DNA of 59,198 nt from an uncultured Candidatus Saccharibacteria bacterium (GTDB lineage: Bacteria; Patescibacteriota; Minisyncoccia; Phycocordibacterales; DAORIS01): positions 1-59,198 of the forward strand of contig CAYTZA010000002.1 of the NCBI GenBank assembly GCA_964442365.1. Reading direction: 5' to 3'. Of the stretch, positions 1 through 8,025 are shown piece after piece (within the stretch, counting starts at the first letter, position 1; every line of letters begins with the position of its first letter). The notes beneath the pieces are model-generated. The model was not told the DNA's origin. It saw nothing but the letters and a program-made list of their open reading frames with translations, and did no database searches. The position numbers and the translations under genes were made by a program.

Positions 1-360
1 GACTTAGTCACAAAATATGATTAGGAACGAGACTGTATAGTAGTCTACGCCAAAGGAGTACAAAAGCAAGAAATATTAAAAAAACAGATCGTGTCCTACT
101 TTACCCCTTTTGCGATTCGAGTAATGTCTACCTTTTAGTATTTTATATTCGTGTGATTCTCCAGTCCCCGCTTTGGAACTTCTTACAGAATGAGATAATT
201 CGGTGGAATCAGATTTCATATGTTTACCGTTTCGCTATTAAAACATCTAAAAATGCGTAGAGCAGACTTATTTTCCAATAGTTTACGACTATGTAAACCT
301 ATACTCTTTCTGCCGCATAGGTAATAGAGCTACTATAATTATTTGAATAAATAATTATGA

Positions 361-408
361 AAATAAAAATCTCTCAACAATAATCTGGTGGATTACTAGT
401 TGAGAGAT
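361..408 (-). terminator. Rho-independent terminator downstream of CDS 418..939
   Basis: 10-bp stem atctctcaac (369-378) / gttgagagat (399-408) with inner taatc/gatta pairing. On the minus strand a T-run follows (plus-strand aaataaaaa 361-369). Confidence 0.7.
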
Positions 409-417
409 TCGGGAGCC

Positions 418-939
418 TTACTGCTTCTTACGGAGCTTTTCGAGGATTCTGGTGGCAATAGCCACGGTCTTGAATTGTTTATTCAGAGGAGAATTGCTAA
501 CCAGTCCAGCGATTCTGTCAGGCAAACCATCAGCAATGATGTGAAGTCTGATATTCTTGTGAGCTCGACCGGAGACTGCTGTTATAGGGCGCTGTAGGAG
601 TTTGCCGCTACCATCCTCCCACCAGTCGTTTTCTGCGCAGCGGTCTTCTGACGGTGCTTGCGAGAGTCGAATAACTTCACCCCTCGAGTAGTTGGTGTTG
701 TTTTCGCCCCTTTCTGACCACGTGTACGTCATCGCTGAAAGAATCACTGTTCCATCCTGCAGCAACTTGTCCAGTGCCTGTGTGAACTCTTTGGCAGAGT
801 AAACAGTCGTTGTGATGTTGAAGATTTTCTTCAGGTTGACGCCCGCAGCTGCACCCCGTTTAACCCCGTGAGTCTTGGGGCGGACTTCTCGAATCGCCGC
901 CACAATGAAATCTGTGCAGGCAGGATTATTGGTTTTCAT
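418..939 (-). CDS. Hypothetical protein (173 aa), compositionally foreign (GC-rich)
   Basis: Uninterrupted ORF with GGAG about 7 nt upstream of ATG 939 and its own terminator. 35/60 G+C counted in 601-660 versus 23/60 in dnaB 8041-8100. No family recognised. Confidence 0.7.
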   Translation of the reverse strand: MKTNNPACTDFIVAAIREVRPKTHGVKRGAAAGVNLKKIFNITTTVYSAKEFTQALDKLLQDGTVILSAMTYTWSERGENNTNYSRGEVIRLSQAPSEDRCAENDWWEDGSGKLLQRPITAVSGRAHKNIRLHIIADGLPDRIAGLVSNSPLNKQFKTVAIATRILEKLRKKQ

Positions 940-1180
940 TTTAGTCTCCGAATGTGTGTCTGTGAATGTACAAAATCAGCACGTTGCTGAAAGATATAAA
1001 ATAACATACTATATTGTTATTGTCTAGTATTTCGTAATCAAAATAAACATAAATATCCTCAAACCTTAATAATTTTTGTAAAGTAAAGGTATGAGTAAGA
1101 TTGAAAAAAGAAGTCTCAACTATTTTGAAGTTACAGAAATGAAGTTACTCTGAATGTGTATGTGGTATAAGAGTCGCCGA

Positions 1181-1205
1181 ATTTGTGTGACCCTACGGGG
1201 AATCG
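1181..1205. repeat. 25-bp direct repeat, distal copy of the tRNA-Glu 3' end (att-like)
   Basis: atttgtgtgaccctacggggaatcg is identical to 1331-1355. It covers the T-loop to 3' end of the tRNA plus 7 nt of flank. Confidence 0.85.
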
Positions 1206-1301
1206 GTCACAGGTCTCGCTTCACTCGCCCGCGACCCCGACTCACTCGCTTTCGCTCGCTCCGTCTTTCGATTCTCTCTCCCAGAGATCACTTGCAAATA
1301 T

Positions 1302-1328
1302 AAAAGCACCGGACAAGCCGGCACTTTT
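1302..1328 (-). terminator. Rho-independent terminator after tRNA-Glu
   Basis: Minus strand reads GTGCCGG-cttgt-CCGGTGC (two G.U pairs) followed by TTTTATATTT. It begins about 10 nt after the tRNA 3' end. Confidence 0.65.
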
Positions 1329-1330
1329 AT

Positions 1331-1355
1331 ATTTGTGTGACCCTACGGGGAATCG
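1331..1355. repeat. 25-bp direct repeat, proximal copy (part of the intact tRNA-Glu)
   Basis: Identical to 1181-1205, 150 bp away. Confidence 0.85.
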
Positions 1356-1409
1356 AACCCCGCTTTGAGCCTTGAGAAGGCTCCGTCCTAGCCGATAGAC
1401 GATAGGGCC
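1338..1409 (-). tRNA. tRNA-Glu (anticodon CUC)
   Basis: Reverse complement is GGCCCTATCGTCTATCGGCTAGGACGGAGCCTTCTCAAGGCTCAAAGCGGGGTTCGATTCCCCGTAGGGTCA. It has a 7-bp acceptor stem, anticodon stem GAGCC/GGCTC with loop TTCTCAA, and T-arm CGGGG-TTCGATT-CCCCG. No CCA is encoded. Confidence 0.9.
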
Positions 1410-1424
1410 ATGTGTATTACTTCA

Positions 1425-1455
1425 TTGATAGATTTATACCTTTTTTTGCTATAAT
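1425..1455 (+). promoter_or_regulatory. Sigma-70-type promoter for the DoxX gene
   Basis: TTGATA (1425-1430), 19-nt spacer, extended -10 TGcTATAAT (1447-1455), about 40 nt upstream of ATG 1494. Confidence 0.5.
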
Positions 1456-1493
1456 TGGGAAGTATAGTACAGATTTAATATTAATATTAATTT

Positions 1494-1925
1494 ATGATAA
1501 ATAATATAATTTGCGGTTGGAAACATAAAGCACTAGGACTATTGCTTGTGCGTTTAGCTTTGGGAGGCGCTTTTCTTTACCATGGCTATGGCAAGCTTAT
1601 GGATATGGAAGGAACTATTAGTTTCTTTTCTAGTCTAGGTTTCAATTCATTTTTGGCTTATGTAGTGGCAATCGTAGAAACTGTTGGTGGTATAGCTATA
1701 ATCTTAGGCGTTGGAACAGGTCTTGCTGGAATCCTACTTGCTATTGTTATGGTTGTAGCAATTTTGAAAGTAAAGTTGCCAAATGGAGGAATAACTAAAG
1801 CTGAAATTGATCTTGTTCTATTAGCATTGTCACTCGGTATTATATTTACTGGCCCAGGCAAGTATTCTTTGCACGATAAATTCTGTAAGAATTGTAATTG
1901 TCTACCAGAAACTCCAAAGGTTTAG
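1494..1925 (+). CDS. DoxX-family membrane protein
   Basis: 143 aa with 4 predicted TM segments. N-terminal LLLVRLALGGAFLYHGYGKL is typical of DoxX. Confidence 0.8.
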   Translation: MINNIICGWKHKALGLLLVRLALGGAFLYHGYGKLMDMEGTISFFSSLGFNSFLAYVVAIVETVGGIAIILGVGTGLAGILLAIVMVVAILKVKLPNGGITKAEIDLVLLALSLGIIFTGPGKYSLHDKFCKNCNCLPETPKV

Positions 1926-1940
1926 TTTTTCTTTAAAAAG

Positions 1941-1975
1941 AAAATAAAAAAAGCGTCTCGCGAGAGGCGCTTTTT
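1941..1975. terminator. Bidirectional Rho-independent terminator
   Basis: gcgtctc-gcga-gaggcgc (1953-1970) flanked by an A-run (1941-1952) and a T-run (1971-1975). It lies between convergent genes. Confidence 0.8.
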
Positions 1976-1995
1976 GCTTGTGAGGGTGTGCTTTT

Positions 1996-2295
1996 TTATC
2001 TGCAAACTCGCATAAACATTTCAGAGAAGAGAAGCCCTTGTACTTCTCTGGGCGTTCCCTGGTGTATTTTCCCTTGGACTTGGTTTCTTTTCTTTACGAT
2101 CCTAGCACGTCTACTGAGCTCTTTTAGTACGAGCCTGTAGATACCATTATCACTGTCGTGGTCTATGGGTATGTTGTGAGCGTTTAGTACTCGCTGTACA
2201 GCTGAACGGGGATCTTTCTCGTGATTGATCCTTCGCGATCGACTCGCTTCATCTGCCAAAATTCGGATCTTGCTGTCGAGATTGTTCGGAAGCAT
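1996..2295 (-). CDS. Hypothetical protein (99 aa), GC-rich, second gene of an overlapping pair
   Basis: ATG 2295 (MLPNNLDSK...) is preceded by AAAGGAG 6 nt upstream. No family recognised. Confidence 0.6.
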   Translation of the reverse strand: MLPNNLDSKIRILADEASRSRRINHEKDPRSAVQRVLNAHNIPIDHDSDNGIYRLVLKELSRRARIVKKRNQVQGKIHQGTPREVQGLLFSEMFMRVCR

Positions 2296-2476
2296 GACCA
2301 CTCCTTTCTGCCATGAGTTTTGTGAGATGTTCGTACTCCGCGTCATTTTCGGGATCGTACGGAGTTTCTTCGTTTGTTCCAGGAACCGTCACTTCGTGCT
2401 CCACAAAAGGGACAAGAATATGGATATCTTGTCCGTCAAACACTCGCCGACGCCTTCTTTTCCCAAATCGTGGCAT
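2249..2476 (-). CDS. Hypothetical protein (75 aa), GC-rich, first gene of an overlapping pair
   Basis: ATG 2476 (MPRFGKRRRRRVF...) has AAAGGA upstream. It has a basic N-terminus and an acidic middle, and overlaps the downstream gene by 47 nt in another frame. Confidence 0.55.
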   Translation of the reverse strand: MPRFGKRRRRRVFDGQDIHILVPFVEHEVTVPGTNEETPYDPENDAEYEHLTKLMAERSGHASEQSRQQDPNFGR

Positions 2477-2599
2477 ACAGAGTCCTTTCCGTAAGGTTAG
2501 ATACAATGATCAAAAGAAAGTAGTACGCCTACCTTCATCTGTATATAATTATACAACCCTAAACAGTAAACGTCAAACAATTTAAAAACAGGCTGTGGA

Positions 2600-3052
2600 T
2601 TACTCAAATAAGCTATCAATCACAGCTTTTACATCCTCACCACGAGCTTTTCCCTTGAGTTCTTTCATGATAGTACCCATAAAAACACCAGCTTTACTTT
2701 TGTCAGTAATACCGAGCTCTTCTTTACGAGTAGATACGATTTTTTGTATATCTTCACGACTCATCATTTCAGGAAGAAAGGTTACAAGTACTGCAAGTTC
2801 TGCTTTTTCACTTTCTGCAAGATCTTCACGATTTCCTTTAGTAAATTGTTCTATAGAATCTTTTCTTTGTTTAACAGCACGTTCGATTACTTTTATACAA
2901 TCTTCATCAGATAGTTCTTCTTGTGGTGGGCGTTTCTGCGCAACTAATTCGTTTGTAAAACCTGCTAAAAGGCCACGTAATACTAAAAGACGCGTAGCTT
3001 CTTTTTTGAGCATAGCGTCTTTGATTTGATTTTTGATGTCTGTTTGGATCAT
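2600..3052 (-). CDS. GatB/YqeY-domain protein
   Basis: MIQTDIKNQIKDAMLKKEATRLLVLRGLL... and C-terminal KAGVFMGTIMKELKGKARGEDVKAVI are typical of YqeY. Confidence 0.85.
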   Translation of the reverse strand: MIQTDIKNQIKDAMLKKEATRLLVLRGLLAGFTNELVAQKRPPQEELSDEDCIKVIERAVKQRKDSIEQFTKGNREDLAESEKAELAVLVTFLPEMMSREDIQKIVSTRKEELGITDKSKAGVFMGTIMKELKGKARGEDVKAVIDSLFE

Positions 3053-3092
3053 AGGTGTATATGATAGCAGAATAGGGGATATTTGTATAAAT

Positions 3093-3120
3093 AAAAAAAC
3101 CACCGAGTGTTAGTCGGTGG
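3093..3120 (-). terminator. Rho-independent terminator for CDS 3148..3804
   Basis: ccaccga (3100-3106) / tcggtgg (3114-3120) stem. The minus strand then reads TTTTTTT (A-run 3093-3099). Confidence 0.8.
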
Positions 3121-3147
3121 GCGGTAGCGGAAGGTGTTTGTGGTGGA

Positions 3148-3804
3148 TCAGAGTTCAACTTCCACTTTATTTTGGGGATTCAGAATTATGTCCCGAATGT
3201 TTTCGTCTAAGCTGTTGTTGCGGTTATGTGTAACGACATACCTGCCTCCTTTGTATTCTAAGACAGAACCAATAGGATATTTCGAAGCATCTCTCTCGAA
3301 CAAAGATATGTTCATGTTTTTAGAGCATTCGTCTGTGATGGCCAAATGTAGTCCAAATTCCAGTACTCCCCCGTTCATAGAATCTCTTTCAATTCTGCTT
3401 ATGACAGAGAGGGGAATTTTTTCTCCAAAAGTAGGACTTGTGGACCAAAAGAGAGGAAATAATCCCTGTAGCCCTATCATGTGTACAAAAGAAAACTCAT
3501 TGCTGGGGTCATTCTCTGTGCTTAACCAGGCGTTTACATTTTTCATCGCCATGCGGTGTTCAGGGTCTGACTTTGGTTGCTGAAGTGCTTTACATATGTT
3601 CAACCAATGCGGAACAAGGAGTTCTTTCCTGTTGTTTCTAACAATCATCTCTGCGATCTGTTGGATAAGTGGGTTGTCAGGATTCGCCAGTTGGCGAACC
3701 ATCTCTTCAGAACCACCTAGTGCCTCCACCCGCCTAACCAGGTTAGTGATGATCGACATAACAAGTCCCAAAATGGACACAATAGAGGACGTAGACTTGG
3801 CCAT
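3148..3804 (-). CDS. Hypothetical protein (218 aa), moderately GC-rich
   Basis: ORF runs to 3837, but ATG 3804 has AGGAG 8 nt upstream while ATG 3837 has no SD. No family recognised. Confidence 0.65.
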   Translation of the reverse strand: MAKSTSSIVSILGLVMSIITNLVRRVEALGGSEEMVRQLANPDNPLIQQIAEMIVRNNRKELLVPHWLNICKALQQPKSDPEHRMAMKNVNAWLSTENDPSNEFSFVHMIGLQGLFPLFWSTSPTFGEKIPLSVISRIERDSMNGGVLEFGLHLAITDECSKNMNISLFERDASKYPIGSVLEYKGGRYVVTHNRNNSLDENIRDIILNPQNKVEVEL

Positions 3805-3978
3805 TGTAAGGTCTCCTGATTTGGGCTCATCTCTCATTTCAGTAACACGCTGAAACCCCAGACGAGCCAGTCAAAGAACTATTTACAGTAGAGCACGTTT
3901 TAATCAAGTAGTCAATTTTGATCTGTGTATATAAAATTTCAATATGAAATTAGGCTCTATATAAGATATACTATATAC

Positions 3979-5031
3979 ATGCAGACGATAATCATAGTTA
4001 TATTGATGGTTTTATGTATTGCTGTCGTGACAGCAGTTTTTGTTATTTACAATATGTCGAGAAAGCTAGCGAAACCAGATAAATCAGATGCTTTTTCTCT
4101 ACTGATGCAACAAATGAACGAACTTAGAAATACTGTAGACGACAAACTAGGTAAAAATTCAGAGATTATAAACACCTCACTTTCAAGACAGTTTGGAGAG
4201 TCACAAAGATTGATTAGAGATATTACAAGAGAGATCACAGAGGTTAAAGAAACAGGTAAACAAGTAGCCGGTGTGGCAGATCAACTCAAGTCCCTTCAAG
4301 ATATTCTTAAAAATCCAAAACAACGTGGAGTACTTGGAGAGTATTATCTCGAAACACTTTTACAGAATACTTTGCCGGGAGGATACGAAATGCAATATAA
4401 GTTTAAAGATGGAGAAATAGTCGATGCTGTAGTTAAGGTTAAAGATAAACTAATCCCTGTAGATTCTAAGTTTTCTCTTGAAAACTACAATCGTTTTATA
4501 GAAGAAAAACATGAAGATACAAAAGAAAAACTATATAAAACGTTTTTGAGTGATCTCAAGATGCGCATACAAGAAACAGCAAAGTATATTAGACCGGCAG
4601 AGGGGACGCTTGATTTTGCTTTTATGTTTGTACCACATGAAGCAATTTATTATGATCTTTTGGTCAATAAGATCGGCACGCTTGATGAAGAAGATCAAAA
4701 TCTCATACAGAGAGCTGCAAGTAAATATCGTGTAATTATCGTATCGCCAACTTCTTTCTTGGCGTATCTGCAGACTGTACTTCAGGGTCTCAAAGCTTTG
4801 CAGATAGAAGAATCAGCAAGACTTATAGCTACAAAAGTAGAAGATTTAGCTAAACATCTTAAAGTTTTTGAAGAGTACCATGGTAAACTTGGAGGATCAC
4901 TTTCTACAGCAATTAATCATTATAATTCATCTACAAAAGAGTTTAAAAAGATAGATAAAGACGTATTGAAGATTACTGGTGATGCTCTTAATATAGAAGT
5001 AGTTACACTTGATAAGCCTGATATAGAATAA
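3979..5031 (+). CDS. rmuC: DNA recombination protein RmuC
   Basis: N-terminal TM segment, a coiled coil, and GVLGEYYLETLL...IPVDSKFSLENY, then a C-terminal nuclease-like region typical of RmuC. ATG 3979 was chosen over the upstream alternative start. Confidence 0.85.
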   Translation: MQTIIIVILMVLCIAVVTAVFVIYNMSRKLAKPDKSDAFSLLMQQMNELRNTVDDKLGKNSEIINTSLSRQFGESQRLIRDITREITEVKETGKQVAGVADQLKSLQDILKNPKQRGVLGEYYLETLLQNTLPGGYEMQYKFKDGEIVDAVVKVKDKLIPVDSKFSLENYNRFIEEKHEDTKEKLYKTFLSDLKMRIQETAKYIRPAEGTLDFAFMFVPHEAIYYDLLVNKIGTLDEEDQNLIQRAASKYRVIIVSPTSFLAYLQTVLQGLKALQIEESARLIATKVEDLAKHLKVFEEYHGKLGGSLSTAINHYNSSTKEFKKIDKDVLKITGDALNIEVVTLDKPDIE

Positions 5032-5033
5032 AT

Positions 5034-6242
5034 ATGAAAAAAAAGATTGTTATTGTTGGAGGAGGTTTTGGTGGGGTATATACAGCTAGATATTTATGGT
5101 CTGCGGTACGTAGGGGAGAAGTAGAGATTACGATTATAAATCGTACTAATTATTTTCTTTTTACACCGCTTCTTCATGAGGTTGCAACTGGTGGTTTATC
5201 GCCACTTAGTGCCTCTGAATCACTTAGAGAAATATTTAGACATGAAGGTGTGAAAGTTGTGGAAGGTATTGTTGAAAAAGTTGATGTTGTTGAACGTGTC
5301 GTATCAACCAGTGTTGGTGATTTTAATTTTGATTATGTTGTTCTTTCTACTGGTGCAGAGACAAATTTTTATAATATTCCAGGAGCAGAAGAAAATAGTT
5401 TAGTATTAAAAAACTTGGCTGATGCGCTTACAATTAGAGATCGTATTATCACTGCTTGTGAAAAGGCTTCTCAAACTACTGACGAAATAGAACGCCAAAA
5501 GCTACTCTCTTTTGTGGTTGTCGGTGGTGGGCCAACTGGTGTGGAGCTTGTTGCAGAGATCGCTGATTTTGTAAAAGGAACATTGTGTCGTTACTATCGA
5601 CAAGTTGATCTTGCTCGTTCAGTACGAATTGTTCTTCTTTCGGCAAATCCTGAACTTTTAACACAAGCAAAGCCAGTTGTTCAGCGTATGGCAAAAAAAG
5701 CACTTGAAAAGGCTGGGGTAGAAGTTAAAACAAGTATGACTGTAACATCAGTGACTCCACAAAAAATAGAAATAGCCGGAGAAAATCCAATAGAAACGTT
5801 TTTTGTTGTTTGGTGTGCTGGTGTAAAAGCTATTACACCTCATGTTAAACATCTTACTCTTAGTCCATCTGGTAGAGTAAAAACAGATCCGTATCTTCGT
5901 GACTCTGGACATCCTCATGTTTTTATTCTTGGCGATATAGCTGATGGTGCTCCTATGCTTGCTCAAGTGGCAGTACAACAAGCGAAGATTGTTGCTCACA
6001 ATATACAGAGAGAATCACGACCTAAAAAGTACAATGTTTCTATACCAGCTACGCTTGTATCACTTGGTCAGTGGAGTGCTGTTGGAACAATATACGGTTT
6101 AAGTTTTGGTGGGCCGGTTATGTGGTTTATATGGCGTACAGTATATTTGTTTAAATTTATTTCTTGGCGTAAACGCTTTGAAATCGCTCTTGAGTGGACA
6201 GTTAACCTTTTTACTCCTCGCGATATCACCAAACCAAGGTAA
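5034..6242 (+). CDS. ndh: Type II NADH dehydrogenase (NDH-2) / FAD-dependent pyridine nucleotide-disulfide oxidoreductase
   Basis: KIVIVGGGFGGV and VVVGGGPTGVE dinucleotide-binding motifs, with a C-terminal membrane-anchoring region. Confidence 0.85.
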   Translation: MKKKIVIVGGGFGGVYTARYLWSAVRRGEVEITIINRTNYFLFTPLLHEVATGGLSPLSASESLREIFRHEGVKVVEGIVEKVDVVERVVSTSVGDFNFDYVVLSTGAETNFYNIPGAEENSLVLKNLADALTIRDRIITACEKASQTTDEIERQKLLSFVVVGGGPTGVELVAEIADFVKGTLCRYYRQVDLARSVRIVLLSANPELLTQAKPVVQRMAKKALEKAGVEVKTSMTVTSVTPQKIEIAGENPIETFFVVWCAGVKAITPHVKHLTLSPSGRVKTDPYLRDSGHPHVFILGDIADGAPMLAQVAVQQAKIVAHNIQRESRPKKYNVSIPATLVSLGQWSAVGTIYGLSFGGPVMWFIWRTVYLFKFISWRKRFEIALEWTVNLFTPRDITKPR

Positions 6243-6300
6243 TCAATAAAGACTTGTATACCCTTGATTTATCTAACGTCTTGAGGTAATATTGGACACT

Positions 6301-6618
6301 ATGAAATTCGCAGTTATAGCCACAGGCGGTAAGCAATACAAGGTCTCTTCAGGAGAGTCTCTTAAGATTGAGAAGATTATTGGTACTTATGAAGTAGGCA
6401 ATACTCTTACTTTTGACAAAGTTCTCTTGGTTGCAGATGGTGAAAAAGTTACTGTTGGAGCTCCTTTTGTAAAGGGTGCCTCTGTTACTGCAACTCTCGA
6501 AGAAATCGGACGTGCACCAAAAGTTACTGTTATACACTTCAAGCAGAAGAGTCGTTACTTCAAGAAAAACGGTCATCGTCAGCCCTTCTTCAAAGTCAAA
6601 ATCGGCGAAATAGCCTAG
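6301..6618 (+). CDS. rplU: 50S ribosomal protein L21
   Basis: MKFAVIATGGKQYKVSSGESLKIEKI... Confidence 0.95.
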   Translation: MKFAVIATGGKQYKVSSGESLKIEKIIGTYEVGNTLTFDKVLLVADGEKVTVGAPFVKGASVTATLEEIGRAPKVTVIHFKQKSRYFKKNGHRQPFFKVKIGEIA

Positions 6619-6684
6619 ATCACTCGATCAAGGCCCGAAGCTCAAAAAGTCTCTTTCAGAAAACCTCTGGAGGAGATTTTTTGT

Positions 6685-6957
6685 TTAGTCTTTGAGAGAA
6701 ATAATTTGTAGACCCTTTGTTTCTATATCTTCTTTGGGCCAGAATTTTGTTAATTCATCGATTTTCCATTTTCCAACATAACCAACAGTTTTCTCAAGTG
6801 TTCTACCCGTGTAGTCTTTTGTTTGAGGGTCCCACTCTTTAAGTAATAGGATATCACCTTCAGAAATATCGAAATCATTGAGTCTTAGTTCAAAGGTTTT
6901 CTTGTCATTGATAATTTGCTGGAAGTATTCCGGCCAGACTTTCTTTTCTATTTTCAT
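6685..6957 (-). CDS. DUF3850 / ASCH-like small protein
   Basis: KKTFELRLNDFDISEGDILLLKEW resembles the DUF3850 (PUA/ASCH-fold) signature. ATG 6957. Confidence 0.65.
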   Translation of the reverse strand: MKIEKKVWPEYFQQIINDKKTFELRLNDFDISEGDILLLKEWDPQTKDYTGRTLEKTVGYVGKWKIDELTKFWPKEDIETKGLQIISLKD

Positions 6958-6982
6958 ATACATGTATTTTATCATGGCAAAT

Positions 6983-7011
6983 AAAAAAGCCACCAGGCGG
7001 GTGTTGGTGGC
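6983..7011 (-). terminator. Rho-independent terminator for CDS 7045..7332
   Basis: gccacc (6989-6994) / ggtggc (7006-7011) stem. The minus strand is followed by TTTTTT. Confidence 0.75.
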
Positions 7012-7044
7012 AATTGAGGCGATGTGAAGTATTTGGGAAGGAGC

Positions 7045-7332
7045 TTATTTTATACGGTATGATTCGTTCCCGCATCGTAAACAGCAGACTCTTGAAAATG
7101 GAGTACCGTTACTGGTAAACACATTCCATTCTGCTACGTAGGTATATTTTCTCTGGCATTGATTACATTTGAATCTTCCACAACCTTGTTTAAACAGATA
7201 AGAGATAAGTGTGATCGGTAGTAGGAAAAGACTCCAAATTGTAAAGTAACAAAGCAGTGATGTAACTATAACCGCAACAATCATCCAAACAGCAAATCCA
7301 AAGAAAAAAATTAGCTTCGCGAACGTTCGCAT
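7045..7332 (-). CDS. Membrane protein with C-terminal Cys4 zinc-ribbon-like motif
   Basis: AAGGAGG SD upstream of ATG 7332. Two TM segments, then CNQC...CLRC. Confidence 0.7.
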   Translation of the reverse strand: MRTFAKLIFFFGFAVWMIVAVIVTSLLCYFTIWSLFLLPITLISYLFKQGCGRFKCNQCQRKYTYVAEWNVFTSNGTPFSRVCCLRCGNESYRIK

Positions 7333-7416
7333 GTGAACCTCCTTGAGGTTGGTGAATGAGTGGAACTGACCAGTTTCAAATACTACTCAGTTTTTATAGA
7401 AAAGCAAGAAAAACTA

Positions 7417-8022
7417 TTAAATACTCTTCCTACCAGAAAAAGCATGTTTGATTGTTTCGCTATCTGCATATTCAAGCTCACTACCTGTAGAAAATCCTCT
7501 ACCAAGAACTGTAATGGTGACGGAGACACCTTCAAGAAGGGGATTGAGGATTTTATGAATGTATTCAGTTGTATGATCTCCTTCGGCTGTAACACTAAGA
7601 GCAATGATTACTTCTTTGAGAGTATTTTTGCGGTCGTTTATAATCTGAGTTAATTCTCGAGTGCGAATATTTGTTTCGTCGTCTGTAAGAGAAAGGAGAC
7701 CCCCAAGAACAAAATAATAGCCAGTATATGTTTTGCTTTTTTCTATAGATTCCAAATCTGTATCGTGAGCGATAATCATGAGTAGTCCAGAATCACGACT
7801 GGTGTCACTACATATTGTACAGAGGGTGGTGTTGCCAGAGAAGAAACGCTGACAAGACGTACACTGACGAACTTCTTTTTTAACTGCTTGTGTGGCAGTG
7901 GCAAGTTCAGTAGTGAGGGAACTTGAACTGCGTACTAAGTGATATGCAAAACGTTTAGCTTGGCGTGGGCCAACCCCAGGGAATGTTCTAAATATTTCTA
8001 CAAGTTTATCAAAAGCAGTCAT
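7417..8022 (-). CDS. recR: Recombination protein RecR
   Basis: FPGVGPRQAKRFAYHL helix-hairpin-helix, a Cys4 zinc finger (CTSC...CTIC), and a Toprim region. Confidence 0.95.
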   Translation of the reverse strand: MTAFDKLVEIFRTFPGVGPRQAKRFAYHLVRSSSSLTTELATATQAVKKEVRQCTSCQRFFSGNTTLCTICSDTSRDSGLLMIIAHDTDLESIEKSKTYTGYYFVLGGLLSLTDDETNIRTRELTQIINDRKNTLKEVIIALSVTAEGDHTTEYIHKILNPLLEGVSVTITVLGRGFSTGSELEYADSETIKHAFSGRKSI

Positions 8023-8025
8023 ATA

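Noticed and set aside
76-219. 47-aa basic minus-strand mini-ORF (MKSDSTELSHSV...GHDLFF) at the window edge
   Set aside because: No SD and no recognisable family, and it sits at the truncated edge. Insufficient support to call.
950-1170. Imperfect direct repeat GAATGTGTGTCTGTG (about 950) / GAATGTGTATGTGG (about 1152) upstream of ORF 418..939
   Set aside because: It is short and imperfect, and the simple TG-rich sequence fits chance. No further element-boundary evidence.
1183-1368. 61-aa plus-strand ORF in the track
   Set aside because: It lies across the tRNA-Glu 3' end, its terminator and the 25-bp repeats. It is a GC-rich non-coding tract read by chance.
1996-2506. Single frameshifted pseudogene instead of two genes
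   Set aside because: Each ORF has its own ATG with a good SD (AAAGGA before 2476, AAAGGAG before 2295). The overlap is long (47 nt) rather than a point slip. Kept as two genes, but homologues should be checked.
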